From an uncultured Candidatus Rokubacteria bacterium (GTDB lineage: Bacteria; Methylomirabilota; Methylomirabilia; Rokubacteriales; CSP1-6), in NCBI GenBank assembly GCA_963771355.1, contig CAVYTA010000003.1, forward strand, positions 8,785 to 72,784: a DNA stretch of 64,000 bases. Reading direction: 5' to 3'. The notes beneath the pieces were generated by a model. It did not search any database and was not told the origin of the DNA. It saw nothing but the letters and a program-made list of their open reading frames with translations. A program made the position numbers and the translations under genes. Of this stretch, positions 19,251 to 29,193 are shown one piece after another (within the stretch, counting starts at the first letter, position 1; every line of letters begins with the position of its first letter).

Positions 19251-20560
19251 CGGCGGTAGGCCTCGTCCAGCAGCTCGACGATGTGGAGCACCCGGATGGG
19301 GCGGGCGCCGCCTTCGAGGCCCTGCTGGATCTGGATGATGCAGCCCGGATTGGCGGTGACCACCGCGTCGGCCCCCGTGGCGCGGATGTTCTCCACTTTG
19401 CGGCGCTGCAGCTGCCCGGCCATCTCCGGCTGGGTCAGGTTGTAGGTGCCCGCGGAGCCGCAGCACCAGTCCGCCTCGTGGAGCTCCCGCACGGTGAGCC
19501 CGGGGATCTGCGCGAGCAGCGCCCGGGGCTCCTTGCGGATCTTCTGGCCGTGGGCGACATGGCAGGGATCGTGGTAGGTGACGGTGCGCGACACGGGCCG
19601 CAGCGGGCCGCGCAGGGGCTCCCGGGCGAGAAACTCGGAGATGTCGCTCACCCGCGTCGCGAAGCGCCGCGCGCGCTCGGCCCAGACGGGGTCGCCCGCC
19701 AGGAGCGTCCCGTAGGCCTTCATGTGGGCGCCGCATCCCGAGGTGTTCACCACCACCGGCTCTACCCCCGCGGACTCGAAGGCGATGATCGTGCTCTTCG
19801 CGAGCTCGAGCGCGGTGGCGTGCTCGCCGGCATGGGCGTGCAGCGCGCCGCAACAGGTCTGCGTGCGCGGCGCGATGACCTCCACGCCGTTCCGCGCCAG
19901 CACGCGGGCGGTCGCACGGTTGTGCGGCCCGAAGGCGACCTGCTGGATGCACCCGGTCAGGAGCCCCACCGTCGCGCGCTTCGCGCCTTCGGCCGGGGTG
20001 ACCTCGGGGAGCGGCGCGCGGGCGGCGGCCGGCGGGATGACGGGCAGAAGCGGCTCCCAGCTGGCCAGGGGTCCCGGCACCAGGCGGAGGAGCCCGGAGG
20101 CGCGCACGAGGCGCTGGAGCCCGCTCACCTGGTAGAAGCGCAGCCCCGCGGCGGCCAGCGAGAGCAGGCGCGGGTGCGGCAGCAGCACGTCGAAATTCAC
20201 CCAGCGAAAGAATCGACGGAGGACGCCGCCGGGACGCTGTCGCTCGATGTCGGCGCGCGCGGCTTCGATCAGCTGGCCATAGGGCACGGCGGAGGGGCAC
20301 ACCGTCTCGCAGGCCCGGCAGCCGAGGCAGAGATCCAGATGGGCGGCGGCGGAGTCGGTCAGGCCGATGCGGCCCTCCGCCATGGACTTGATGAGGAAGA
20401 TCCGGCCGCGCGGCGAATCCATCTCGGTGCCGAGAATGGAGAAGGTCGGGCAATAGGCGAGGCAGAGGCCACAGTGTACGCAGCGGTTGACGCCCTCGAC
20501 GTCGTGCCCGTGCAGCCGGAGCGGCCCCGCGAGGGGCGCCGTCTCCGTGTCATGCGCCAT
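19247..20560 (-). CDS. glcF: glycolate oxidase iron-sulfur subunit
   Basis: CVHCGLC..CP, CLGCRACETVCP, two CCG domains. Confidence 0.9.
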   Translation of the reverse strand: MAHDTETAPLAGPLRLHGHDVEGVNRCVHCGLCLAYCPTFSILGTEMDSPRGRIFLIKSMAEGRIGLTDSAAAHLDLCLGCRACETVCPSAVPYGQLIEAARADIERQRPGGVLRRFFRWVNFDVLLPHPRLLSLAAAGLRFYQVSGLQRLVRASGLLRLVPGPLASWEPLLPVIPPAAARAPLPEVTPAEGAKRATVGLLTGCIQQVAFGPHNRATARVLARNGVEVIAPRTQTCCGALHAHAGEHATALELAKSTIIAFESAGVEPVVVNTSGCGAHMKAYGTLLAGDPVWAERARRFATRVSDISEFLAREPLRGPLRPVSRTVTYHDPCHVAHGQKIRKEPRALLAQIPGLTVRELHEADWCCGSAGTYNLTQPEMAGQLQRRKVENIRATGADAVVTANPGCIIQIQQGLEGGARPIRVLHIVELLDEAYRR

Positions 20561-20564
20561 GCGC

Positions 20565-21917
20565 TCAGATTCCTCCCACGAAGCGGCCCGGGTTGAGAAT
20601 GCCGCGCGGGTCCAGCTCGGCCTTGAGCCGGGCCATGATCCGGTGCGGAGCGCCGGGCGGGTCCCAGACCGGCACCCGCTCCTTCACCGCCAGCGGCGCC
20701 CACTCGAGCATCGCATGCCCGCCCGCGGCCTGCACCAGCGCGCGCCAGTCGCCCAGCGCCGACGCCACCGTGGTGGCCGCCACCGCCCCGCCGCCGCCCG
20801 AGCCGACAATGCCCGCGCCGAGAATGGCGGTCACGATGCCCATCCCGGCATGGGCGCTGAAGGCGGCGGTGAGGCCATGGCGCCGCGCCACGTCGCCGCC
20901 CGACTCCACCACCTCGGCCACCTGGGTGGGCAAGACGCCCCACTTCATCACCGCGGTGACCTCGGGGAACACGGCGCGCGGCAGCGCGCCGGCGGCCTGC
21001 CAGAGGGCGTCCCGCTCGGCGCCGTCCAGCACGCGCGTGTCCACGCGGGCGCCGGTACCGAGTATCCGCGGGAGCTCGGCGCACTGCCACTCCACCTGCT
21101 CCCGGATCCCGTCGAGGCCGATGAGCAGCGCGGCGCCCTCGCGCCCGCCGGGCTCGAGCGCGCGCAGCGCTTCCGGATCCACGAGGTCGAGCGCGGACGG
21201 AATGAGGTCCGACGCCATCAGGGCCCGCGCCGCCGCGCCCGCGTCCTTCACGCGCTCGAAGCGCGCCAGCGCGAGCCGGTCCGTGTCGGGGCGGGGGCGC
21301 AGCTTGAAGGTGGCCTCGACGAGGACCCCGAGGGTGCCGAAGGAGCCGATGGCGAGCTTGGGGAGATCGTAGCCCGCCACGTTCTTCACGACCTTGCCGC
21401 CGCCGCGCACGATGGAGCCGTCGGCCAGGACCATGGTGAGGCCGATGAGGAGATCGCGCATGGTGCCGTAGAGGTGCCGGCGCGGCCCCGACGCATTGCT
21501 GGCGAGGATACCGCCCAGCGTGCCCTGGCGCGCATTGGGCGGATCCAGCGAGAGCCACTGGCCGCGCCGGCCCAGCGCCTCCTGGAAGGCGCCGAACGTC
21601 AGCCCGGCCTCGGCGGTGGCGGTGAGGTCACCCGGCTCATGCTCGAGCAGCCGGTCGAGGCGCTTGAGGGAGAGCACGAGGCCCGGGCGCGCCGGCGTCA
21701 TGCCCACCGACATGCGGGTGCCGCCGCCCCAGGGCGTGACCGGCAGCCCGTCCTCCCCGGCGAGGACGAGCAGCGCGGCGACCTCCTCCCGCGTGCCGGG
21801 AAAGGCCACCGCCTCGGGGGTGCGGCCCTCGAGCACATACGGCGAGCACTCGATGCCGGTGAGCACGTGGCGCTCGCCGACGATGGCGGCCAGCCGTCGC
21901 GCGAGATCGGGATCCAC
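20565..21917 (-). CDS. glcE: glycolate oxidase FAD-binding subunit
   Basis: GGKVVKNVAGYDL, GSFGTLG, DPRGILNPG. Confidence 0.88.
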   Translation of the reverse strand: MDPDLARRLAAIVGERHVLTGIECSPYVLEGRTPEAVAFPGTREEVAALLVLAGEDGLPVTPWGGGTRMSVGMTPARPGLVLSLKRLDRLLEHEPGDLTATAEAGLTFGAFQEALGRRGQWLSLDPPNARQGTLGGILASNASGPRRHLYGTMRDLLIGLTMVLADGSIVRGGGKVVKNVAGYDLPKLAIGSFGTLGVLVEATFKLRPRPDTDRLALARFERVKDAGAAARALMASDLIPSALDLVDPEALRALEPGGREGAALLIGLDGIREQVEWQCAELPRILGTGARVDTRVLDGAERDALWQAAGALPRAVFPEVTAVMKWGVLPTQVAEVVESGGDVARRHGLTAAFSAHAGMGIVTAILGAGIVGSGGGGAVAATTVASALGDWRALVQAAGGHAMLEWAPLAVKERVPVWDPPGAPHRIMARLKAELDPRGILNPGRFVGGI

Positions 21918-21942
21918 GAGAGGGATTCGCCACGCCCCCGCG

Positions 21943-23416
21943 CTAGAAGCGCTGGGCGAGGCCTTTCTCTTCGATGGGGTGCGGGCGATACGCGATGCCG
22001 GCCTCGCCGCAGGCCTTGCGGCTGGGGAAGATCTTGCCGGGATTGCAGAGACCGGTGGGATTGAAGGCGCGCCGGAGCCGGTACATGCAGTCGATGATCG
22101 GCCTCGGAGAAGATCAGCGGCATGTAGTCGGCCTTCTCGAGCCCGATGCCGTGCTCGCCCGAGATGGAGCCGCCCACCTCCGCGCAGACCTTGAGGATCT
22201 CGCCGCCCGCCGCCACCACCCGTGCCTCCGCGCCCGGCACGCGGGGATCGTAGAGGAGGTTCGGGTGCAGGTTGCCGTCGCCGGCATGGAAGACATTGCC
22301 CACGCGCAGGCCGTACGCCGCCGCGATCTCGTTCACCCGCCGGAGCACGTAGGGCAGCTTGGTGCGCGGGATGACGCCGTCCATCACCATGTAGGCGGGC
22401 GAGATGTGCCCATAGGCGCCGAAGGCGGACTTGCGGCCCTTCCAGAGCAGGTCGCGCTCCGCCGCGTCCCGCGCCACGCGCACCTCGCGCGCGCCGGCCT
22501 CGCGGCAGGCCTGGGAGATGCGCTCGGCCTGCTCGTCCATGCCGGCGGCGAGCCCATCCACCTCGATGAGGAGCGCGGCGGCGGCATCGCGCGGGTAGCC
22601 GCAGCCGAAGGCATCCTCCACCGCCCCGATGGTGAGCTGATCGATCATCTCCATCGCGGCGGGCACCAGCCCGCGGCCGATGATGGCGGACACCGCCTCC
22701 GAGGCCTGATCCACCACGTCGAAGACCGCGAGCACGGTCTTCACCGCCTGCGGCTTCTTCATGATGCGGACGATGATCTTGGTGGCGATGCCGAAGGTGC
22801 CCTCGGAGCCGACGAAGAGCCCGGTGAGGTCATAGCCCTGCGCATCGCGCGTCTTGCCGCCGATCCAGGTCAGCTCGCCATCCGGGAGCACCACTTCCAG
22901 GCCCAGCACGTGGTTGGTGGTGACGCCGTACTTGAGGGTGTGCGGGCCGCCCGAGTTGTTGGCGATGTTGCCGCCGATGGTGCAGGCCTGCTGGCTGGAG
23001 GGATCCGGCGCGTAGTAGAAGCCCTGCGGGCCGACGGCCCAGGAGAGGTGCAGGTTGACCAGCCCCGGCTCCACCACCGCGATCTGGTTCGCATAGTCCA
23101 CTTCCAGCACGCGATTCATCCGCATCAGCGAGATGACGAGGCCGCCCTCGGCGGGAAGGCAGCCGCCGGAGAGCCCGGTGCCGGCGCCGCGGGCCACGAA
23201 GGGCATCTCCTCGCGCTGGGCCAGCTTGACGAGGGCGGAGACGTGCTCGGCGGATTGGGGGAAGACGACGAAGTCGGCCAGCGCGCGGAAGAGGGTGAGG
23301 CCGTCGGACTCGTACACCAGCAATTCCTCGGGGTCGGAGAGCACGGCCCCCTTGCCGAGGAGGGCCTCCATCTCCCGGCGCAGGGTCAGCTTCCGCGCGT
23401 CGGTCAGCGGGGCCAT
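21943..23416 (-). CDS. glcD: glycolate oxidase subunit D, single-base frameshift near 22096
   Basis: RGAGTGLSGG, PDPSS, GSEGT, HAGDGNLHP, GEHGIG; the C-terminus FNPTGLCNPGK...QRF* is in the next frame. Confidence 0.9.
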
Positions 23417-23423
23417 GTGGTGA

Positions 23424-25043
23424 TTATAGCTCCCACGGAGGGGTGATGGCGACGGGCAGCTCCAGCACCGTGGGCCCCCCGTGGGTGAGGGCCTTCTCGA
23501 GCGCGTCCCCCAGGTCGTCAACGGTTTCGACCCTCCGGCCCTCCAGGCCGAAGGCCCGGGCCAGCGCGGGGAAGTCCGGGTTGGCCAGGTCCGTCTCGCC
23601 CCAGCGTCCCGCGAACATCTCCTCCTGGAGGTACTTGATCGCGCCATAGCGGTTGTCGTTGAGGACGAGGAAGACGATCGGCAGCGAGTACTTTGCGGCC
23701 GTGGCCAGCTCGTTCACCGAGAAGAGGAAGCCGCCGTCGCCCACCACCGCCACCACCTGGCGCCCCGGCTCGGCCACCGCCGCGCCGATGGCCGCGGGCA
23801 CGGCATAGCCCAGCGTGGCGGAGCCCACCGGATAGAGGAAGGTCCGCGGTGCCAGCACCGGGTAGTGCCACTCCATCCAGTAGTTCAGCCCGGTCTGGTC
23901 GTTCACCACGATGGCATCCGGCGCCAGCCCATCGCGCAGGATGCGGATGAGGCGGTCGTCCGTCTCCGTCCAGCGCGTCCCGCGCGCGTCGCGCGCGTGC
24001 GCCAGCGCCACCCAGTCCCACTGGGAGACCGCCGCCTCCTTGCCGAGCGCGCCGAGAAGGCGCCCCAGCCCGTCCCGCGCGTCGCCGACGATGCCGATGG
24101 CGGCCGCGTGCTGGCGGCCGATCTCCTCGGGGTCCAGGTCGAGGTGAATCAGCGCCTGCTCGGGGCGGAAGCTCAGATTGAGCAGGAGGCCTTTCGTGGA
24201 CCGGTGCGCGAAGCGGCAGCCCACCGCGAGGACCACGTCGGCCGCCTCCAGAGCCGCCTGACTGGCGAGGCGATTGGGCAGCACGCCCAGCCACAGCGGA
24301 TCCGTCTCCGGCAGCGTCCCACGGCCCATGACCGTGGTGAGGATGGGCGCGTGGAGCCGGCGCGCCAGCGTGCGGACGTCATCGCCCGCGCCCGCCGCGA
24401 TCACGCCGCCGCCCGCGATGAGAAGGGGCCGCCGCGCGCCGCGGAGGAGCTCGGCCGCGCGCGCGACCAGCACTGGATCGCAGCCCGGGCGGGCGCCGCG
24501 CGGCGGGTGGAGCGCGCCCGCAGTGGGCGCCATGAGGAGATCGGTGGGGATGGACAGCGCCACCGGACCCGGCCGCGCGCTGCGGAAGAGCTCGAACGCG
24601 CGCTGGACGGCCGGGGCGATGGCGGCCCCCTCGCGCACGGTCTCAGCCCAGCGCGTGACGGGGCGGAAGCAGTCGATCTGGTTCGACACCTCATGGAGCG
24701 CGCCCAGGTGCCGGCCGATGAGGGCCGCCGGGATATCGGACATGACGGCGAGCACCGGCACCGAGGTCGCGAAGGACTCCACCAGCGGCGTGAGCGCGTT
24801 GGTCGCGCCGGGGCCGGTGGTGACGGCCAGCACCCCGGGCCGGCCGGAGGCGCGCGCATAGCCATCGGCCATGAAGGCCGCGCCTTGCTCGTGACGGGCG
24901 AGGATGTGGGTGATCGCGGACTGCCGGATGAGGGCGTCGTAGATCGCGAGATTGTGGACGCCGGGGATGCCGAAGACGTGGCGCACGCCTTCGGCCGCGA
25001 GCGCGTCTACCACCCACTGGCCGCCGGTGCGGAGGTCAGTCAC
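23424..25043 (-). CDS. thiamine pyrophosphate-dependent enzyme (acetolactate synthase superfamily)
   Basis: FGIPG, RHEQGA, GPGATN, GDGG...NDN TPP-binding motif. Confidence 0.92.
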   Translation of the reverse strand: MTDLRTGGQWVVDALAAEGVRHVFGIPGVHNLAIYDALIRQSAITHILARHEQGAAFMADGYARASGRPGVLAVTTGPGATNALTPLVESFATSVPVLAVMSDIPAALIGRHLGALHEVSNQIDCFRPVTRWAETVREGAAIAPAVQRAFELFRSARPGPVALSIPTDLLMAPTAGALHPPRGARPGCDPVLVARAAELLRGARRPLLIAGGGVIAAGAGDDVRTLARRLHAPILTTVMGRGTLPETDPLWLGVLPNRLASQAALEAADVVLAVGCRFAHRSTKGLLLNLSFRPEQALIHLDLDPEEIGRQHAAAIGIVGDARDGLGRLLGALGKEAAVSQWDWVALAHARDARGTRWTETDDRLIRILRDGLAPDAIVVNDQTGLNYWMEWHYPVLAPRTFLYPVGSATLGYAVPAAIGAAVAEPGRQVVAVVGDGGFLFSVNELATAAKYSLPIVFLVLNDNRYGAIKYLQEEMFAGRWGETDLANPDFPALARAFGLEGRRVETVDDLGDALEKALTHGGPTVLELPVAITPPWEL

Positions 25044-25050
25044 CGGAGGT

Positions 25051-25125
25051 TGGCTCCCCGAGTAGGACTCGAACCTACAACCCTCCGGTTAACAGCCGGA
25101 TGCTCTACCATTGAGCTATCGGGGA
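25051..25125 (-). tRNA. tRNA-Asn(GTT)
   Basis: Anticodon arm TCCGG-CTGTTAA-CCGGA; GTTCGAGT; CCA. Confidence 0.97.
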
Positions 25126-25208
25126 GTGACCACCGCCGGATTGAACCGGGACCTTTGATATATCATATGCTTGCGCTCCGGCCAAGCCGCGCGCGCTAGC
25201 GTGTCCGT

Positions 25209-25436
25209 CTAGAGTGACCGCCCGCCGTCCGGATCTTCGCCGGCCACCGCGGCCTGCAGCCGCATCCGCTCTTCCCACGCCGACTGCGCGGGCTGCTCGT
25301 CGAGGCCCAGCCGGGCCCGCGCCGCGGTATGGAGCCGGTAGTGATCCCACGCGTTCAGCAGCTCGATGGCGAGCCAGGAGCCCACCGCCAGCAGCCCTGC
25401 CCAGAAGAACACGCTCTGAATGACCTGGGTGTACAT
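25209..25436 (-). CDS. small hypothetical membrane protein
   Basis: One TM helix; starts 8 nt after the recR stop. Confidence 0.6.
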   Translation of the reverse strand: MYTQVIQSVFFWAGLLAVGSWLAIELLNAWDHYRLHTAARARLGLDEQPAQSAWEERMRLQAAVAGEDPDGGRSL

Positions 25437-25444
25437 GACTCGGG

Positions 25445-26047
25445 CTACCCCATTTCCTTCCGGCCCTCGAGGGCCTTGCTCAGCGTCACCTCGTCGGCGT
25501 ACTCGAGATCGCCGCCCACCGGCAGACCGCGCGCGATGCGCGTGACGCGCAGCCCCAGCGGCTTGAGGAGCTTGGCGAGATAGATGGCGGTGGCCTCGCC
25601 CTCCACGCTCGGGTTGGTGGCGAGGATCACCTCGTCCACCGCCTCGCCGTCGAGCCGGTGGAGCAGCTCGCGCACCCGGATGTCCTCCGGCCCGACCCCG
25701 TCGAGCGGCGACAGCGCCCCCATCAGCACGTGGTAGCGGCCCTTGAACTCGCCGGTGCGCTCCACCGCGAGCAAGTCGTTCGGCTCCTCCACCACGCAGA
25801 GGCTCCGGGCGTCACGCGCGGGATCGCCGCAGATGCGGCAGGGGTCCTCCTCCGTCACGTTGAAGCATCGCGAGCAGTGCACGATGCGGGTCTTGAGCGC
25901 GGTGAGCGCGGCGGAGAGCTCGCCCACCTCGTCGGCCGGCCGCTTGAGCAGAAAGAAGGTCATCCGCTGGGCGCTCTTCGGCCCGACGCCGGGGAGCTTC
26001 TGCAGCGCCTCGATGAGGCGGGCCACCGGCTCGGGAAAGTACGCCAT
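25445..26047 (-). CDS. recR: recombination mediator RecR
   Basis: LPGVGPKSA HhH motif, CxxC..CxxC zinc finger, Toprim EGEATA. Confidence 0.98.
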   Translation of the reverse strand: MAYFPEPVARLIEALQKLPGVGPKSAQRMTFFLLKRPADEVGELSAALTALKTRIVHCSRCFNVTEEDPCRICGDPARDARSLCVVEEPNDLLAVERTGEFKGRYHVLMGALSPLDGVGPEDIRVRELLHRLDGEAVDEVILATNPSVEGEATAIYLAKLLKPLGLRVTRIARGLPVGGDLEYADEVTLSKALEGRKEMG

Positions 26048-26361
26048 CACATCCCGAGGCCGGGGATCTTGAGCCCGCCGGTGAGCTTGCCCAGCTCGGC
26101 CTGCATCATGTCCCGCGACTTGCGCAGGGCCTCGTTGCAGGCGGCGAGGACGAGATCCTCGAGCATCTGGCCGTCCTCGGGATTGATGACTTCCCGATCG
26201 ATCTTGATGGACACGATCTCCTGCTTGCCGTTGGCGACGACGGTGACCATGCCCCCGCCGGCGGTGGCGTCGACCAGCTTCTTGGCCGCCTCCGCCTGCA
26301 TCGCCTCCATCTGCGCCTGCAGCTTCTGCGCTTCCTTCATGATATTGCCGAAGCCTTTCAC
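26047..26361 (-). CDS. ybaB: YbaB/EbfC nucleoid-associated protein
   Basis: AGGGMVTV, EDLVLAACNEA; lies between dnaX and recR. Confidence 0.96.
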   Translation of the reverse strand: MKGFGNIMKEAQKLQAQMEAMQAEAAKKLVDATAGGGMVTVVANGKQEIVSIKIDREVINPEDGQMLEDLVLAACNEALRKSRDMMQAELGKLTGGLKIPGLGM

Positions 26362-28121
26362 TGACCGTCTCCTTCCTGGGGCGTGGGCTCGTCGGGGATC
26401 CGCGGCCGTACCGCCACCACCTCGCCGCCGAATGCGGCCAGCGCGGCCCGCACCGCGGGATGCGCGAGGGCGCCCGCGCCGGGCGTCGCCTCCGCGCTCA
26501 GTTCCATGCGCCGCGCGCCGGCGACGTGCTGCTCGATGGCCTGATTGATGAGGTCGCGATTGGCGCGGTCGGCGAGCATCTCCTTGTGAAACGCGCTGGC
26601 CACCATGCTCACGGCCAGCGCGCCGTCGCGCACGGCGACGGGCGTGGCGTGCTGGAGCACCGAGCCCAGCAGCGCCTTGCGGGCCAGCACGGCGGCCACC
26701 ACGCGTTGCCAGGCCTCGCCCAGCTCGCCGCCGGGGCCGGCCGGCGCGGCGGGCGCGGGGGCCTGCCCTCGTCCCCGCTCGGCGGCGAGCTCACGCGGCG
26801 GCGGCTCGTCGCTCTCCTGGCTGCGGGGAGGCGCGCCGGCGCCGACTGGCGGCGCGGCCGGGCGCGAAGGCGCGGCGGCGGGCGCGCCACCGCCCGCACC
26901 CGGGGACCGCGGGTCGGCGCCGAGGAGGCTGCCCTGCGCGGACGCGGGGCGCGCGGGGACCACGCCGGTTCCGCCGGCGCGCAGCCGCCGCTCGGCTTCC
27001 TCCACTCTGTTGATCAACGCGTCCAGGGCCTGGAGCTGGGGTCGGCGTGCGGCGCGCACGGCGCCCACTTCCAGCTCCACCCGCGGATAGGGGGAGCGGC
27101 GCATCTCCGCCTGGCTCTCCAGCAGCACGCGAAGGAGATAGACGAGATCGTCCACGGAGGCGGGCTCGGCGACGGCGGCCAGCTCCTGCGCCTCCGCGGG
27201 CGTGAGCTCGGCGGGCGGGTTGGCCGGCGCCACCTTCACCACGAGGAGCCGGCGCAGCATCTCCACCACATCGCGGCAATAGCCCTCGAGGTCTTCCCCC
27301 TGGCGCGCGGCGCGATCGATGGCTTCCAGCGCCGCCGCGCTGTCGCGCCCGAGCAGCGCGGCCGCGAGGGCCCGCACCTGGACCGGCGAGGAGGCGCCCA
27401 GGAGCCGGGCCACGCTGCCCTCCTCGAGCCGGCCCTCGCCATAGGCGATGGCGGCGTCCAGCAGCGAGAGCGCGTCCCGCAGGCTGCCCTCCGCGGCCCG
27501 CACGAGGAGCGGCAGGGCGGCCGCGTCGAAGGTCACGCCCTCCTGGGTGAGGATGTCGGTGAGCTGGCGCGTGAGGAGATCCGCCGGGATGGGGCGGAAG
27601 TCGAAGCGCTGGCAGCGCGAGAGCACGGTGGCGGGGATCTTCTTCGGGTCCGTGGTGGCCAGGATGAAGACCACGTGCGGCGGCGGCTCCTCCAGCGTCT
27701 TGAGGAAGGCATTGAAGGCCGGGCCCGAGAGCATGTGGACCTCGTCCACGATGTAGACCTTGAAGCGGCCGCGCGCGGGAGAATACTTCACGTTCTCCCG
27801 CAGCGTCCGGATCTCCTCCACGCCGTTGTTGCTGGCGGCGTCGATCTCGAGCACGTCCACCGGCGCCCCCGAGACGAAGTCGAGGCAGGAGGGGCACTTG
27901 CCGCAGGCCTCGGGCTCGGTGGTGCGCGCGGTGCAGGCCAGCGCCTTGGCGAGCAGCCGCGCGGTGGTGGTCTTGCCGACGCCCCGCGGGCCGGTGAAGA
28001 GATAGGCGTGGGCGACGCGCCCGCTCGCCAGCGCATTGCGCAGCGTGCGGGTGACCGCCTCCTGACCGACCACGGCGTCGAAGACCTGCGGCCGCCACTT
28101 CCGGGCGAGGACCTGGTACAT
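26358..28121 (-). CDS. dnaX: DNA polymerase III subunit gamma/tau
   Basis: YQVLARKWRP, GPRGVGKT, DEVHML, SRC. Confidence 0.98.
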   Translation of the reverse strand: MYQVLARKWRPQVFDAVVGQEAVTRTLRNALASGRVAHAYLFTGPRGVGKTTTARLLAKALACTARTTEPEACGKCPSCLDFVSGAPVDVLEIDAASNNGVEEIRTLRENVKYSPARGRFKVYIVDEVHMLSGPAFNAFLKTLEEPPPHVVFILATTDPKKIPATVLSRCQRFDFRPIPADLLTRQLTDILTQEGVTFDAAALPLLVRAAEGSLRDALSLLDAAIAYGEGRLEEGSVARLLGASSPVQVRALAAALLGRDSAAALEAIDRAARQGEDLEGYCRDVVEMLRRLLVVKVAPANPPAELTPAEAQELAAVAEPASVDDLVYLLRVLLESQAEMRRSPYPRVELEVGAVRAARRPQLQALDALINRVEEAERRLRAGGTGVVPARPASAQGSLLGADPRSPGAGGGAPAAAPSRPAAPPVGAGAPPRSQESDEPPPRELAAERGRGQAPAPAAPAGPGGELGEAWQRVVAAVLARKALLGSVLQHATPVAVRDGALAVSMVASAFHKEMLADRANRDLINQAIEQHVAGARRMELSAEATPGAGALAHPAVRAALAAFGGEVVAVRPRIPDEPTPQEGDGQ

Positions 28122-28126
28122 CAAAA

Positions 28127-28395
28127 GACCGTGCACCCCCCATCGAAACGTCCGTACCGCGATCTCCGGATGGAACCTGCTCCGGCCAGGTACTCCCACG
28201 GCACTCGGGAGGGATGCCTTACCGTTGCTCCCTTCCGGGCCTGGCGGGGTTCGGCAGTTCCCGTCGCGTGGGGCCCAGCCCTCAACGCCGCCCCATCCGG
28301 CTCATTCGACACGAGCGCCCCTCAAGGGGGAATTCAACCCCGCTATAGCGGATTGCGGGTTACAGGGCACCGCTACCTCCCCGTCTAGCACGGCC
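28127..28395 (-). ncRNA. ffs: signal recognition particle RNA, large (Alu-containing) bacterial type
   Basis: Helix 8 CCAGGCCCGGAAGGGAGCAACGG; 5' Alu GGGGAGGTAGCGGTGCCCTGT; 5'/3' closing helix GGCCGTGC/GCACGGTC; ~270 nt; upstream of dnaX. Confidence 0.95.
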
Positions 28396-28406
28396 AAGTC
28401 GAAAAA

Positions 28407-28496
28407 TGGCGGAGGGGGTGGGATTCGAACCCACGGTACAGTTGCCCGTACACGGCATTTCCAGTGCCGCACCTTCGGCCACTCGGCCACCCCTCC
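28407..28496 (-). tRNA. tRNA-Ser(GGA)
   Basis: Anticodon arm CGGCA-CTGGAAA-TGCCG; long variable arm; CCA. Confidence 0.97.
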
Positions 28497-28539
28497 ACGC
28501 GATTCCGGCCACCACGACGCGACTCTGGTCAGACGAAAA

Positions 28540-28631
28540 TGGCGGAGGGGAGAGGATTTGAACCCCCGAGGGACTTACGCCCCTATCCGATTTCGAGTCG
28601 GACGCCTTCAACCGGGCTCGGCCACCCCTCC
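28540..28631 (-). tRNA. tRNA-Ser(CGA)
   Basis: Anticodon arm TCCGA-CTCGAAA-TCGGA; long variable arm; CCA. Confidence 0.97.
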
Positions 28632-28717
28632 GCGAGCTTTTGCGTAAGCGCGCGACGACTGAGGGCCAAGTATACCCGCTCGGCTGTTCGGCGTGCCGCC
28701 CTTCGTTGGGGCGGCGG

Positions 28718-29170
28718 TCAGGGCTGCTTGCGAATCGCGGCGGCGGGGTCGAATGAAGGGGTACCGACCCAGCCCGTCTCCGACACATCGACGGTGACCC
28801 CGTCCGGGCCCGTGTACTTCACCTCGACGTTCGCGAAGCGCCCGGCCCCACCCACACCGAGGGCCTCGTTGATGTCGTCGCGCCGCTCGGAGCCGACGGC
28901 GGTGAGCTTCTCGGCGATGCTCTCGAGGCTCTCCACCTGGAAGCCAAAGTGATGGATGCCGGTCCAGTCCTTGCCGCGCTCCACCCCCGCTACCACGTCG
29001 TTCTTGAACTTGAGGATGGCCAGGTTGAGATCGCCATCGGTGAGGAAGAACCCGCTGAGGTTCGGATTGTCGAGCCGGCCGATCTCCTTCATCCCGAACA
29101 CGTCCACGTAGAACTTGGCGGTGGCCTCGGGATTCGCGGTGGACAGCGCGATGTGCTTGATCTTTGCCAT
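28718..29170 (-). CDS. VOC/glyoxalase family protein
   Basis: KIKHIAL...FY..VFG, LTDGDLNLA, HHFGFQV, PDGVTVD. Confidence 0.9.
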   Translation of the reverse strand: MAKIKHIALSTANPEATAKFYVDVFGMKEIGRLDNPNLSGFFLTDGDLNLAILKFKNDVVAGVERGKDWTGIHHFGFQVESLESIAEKLTAVGSERRDDINEALGVGGAGRFANVEVKYTGPDGVTVDVSETGWVGTPSFDPAAAIRKQP

Positions 29171-29193
29171 GGCGGGCTCTCTCCCCTGGGGCG

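Noticed and set aside
26358-28121. Programmed frameshift in dnaX
   Set aside because: No A-AAA-AAG or poly-A slippery site noticed; single continuous ORF
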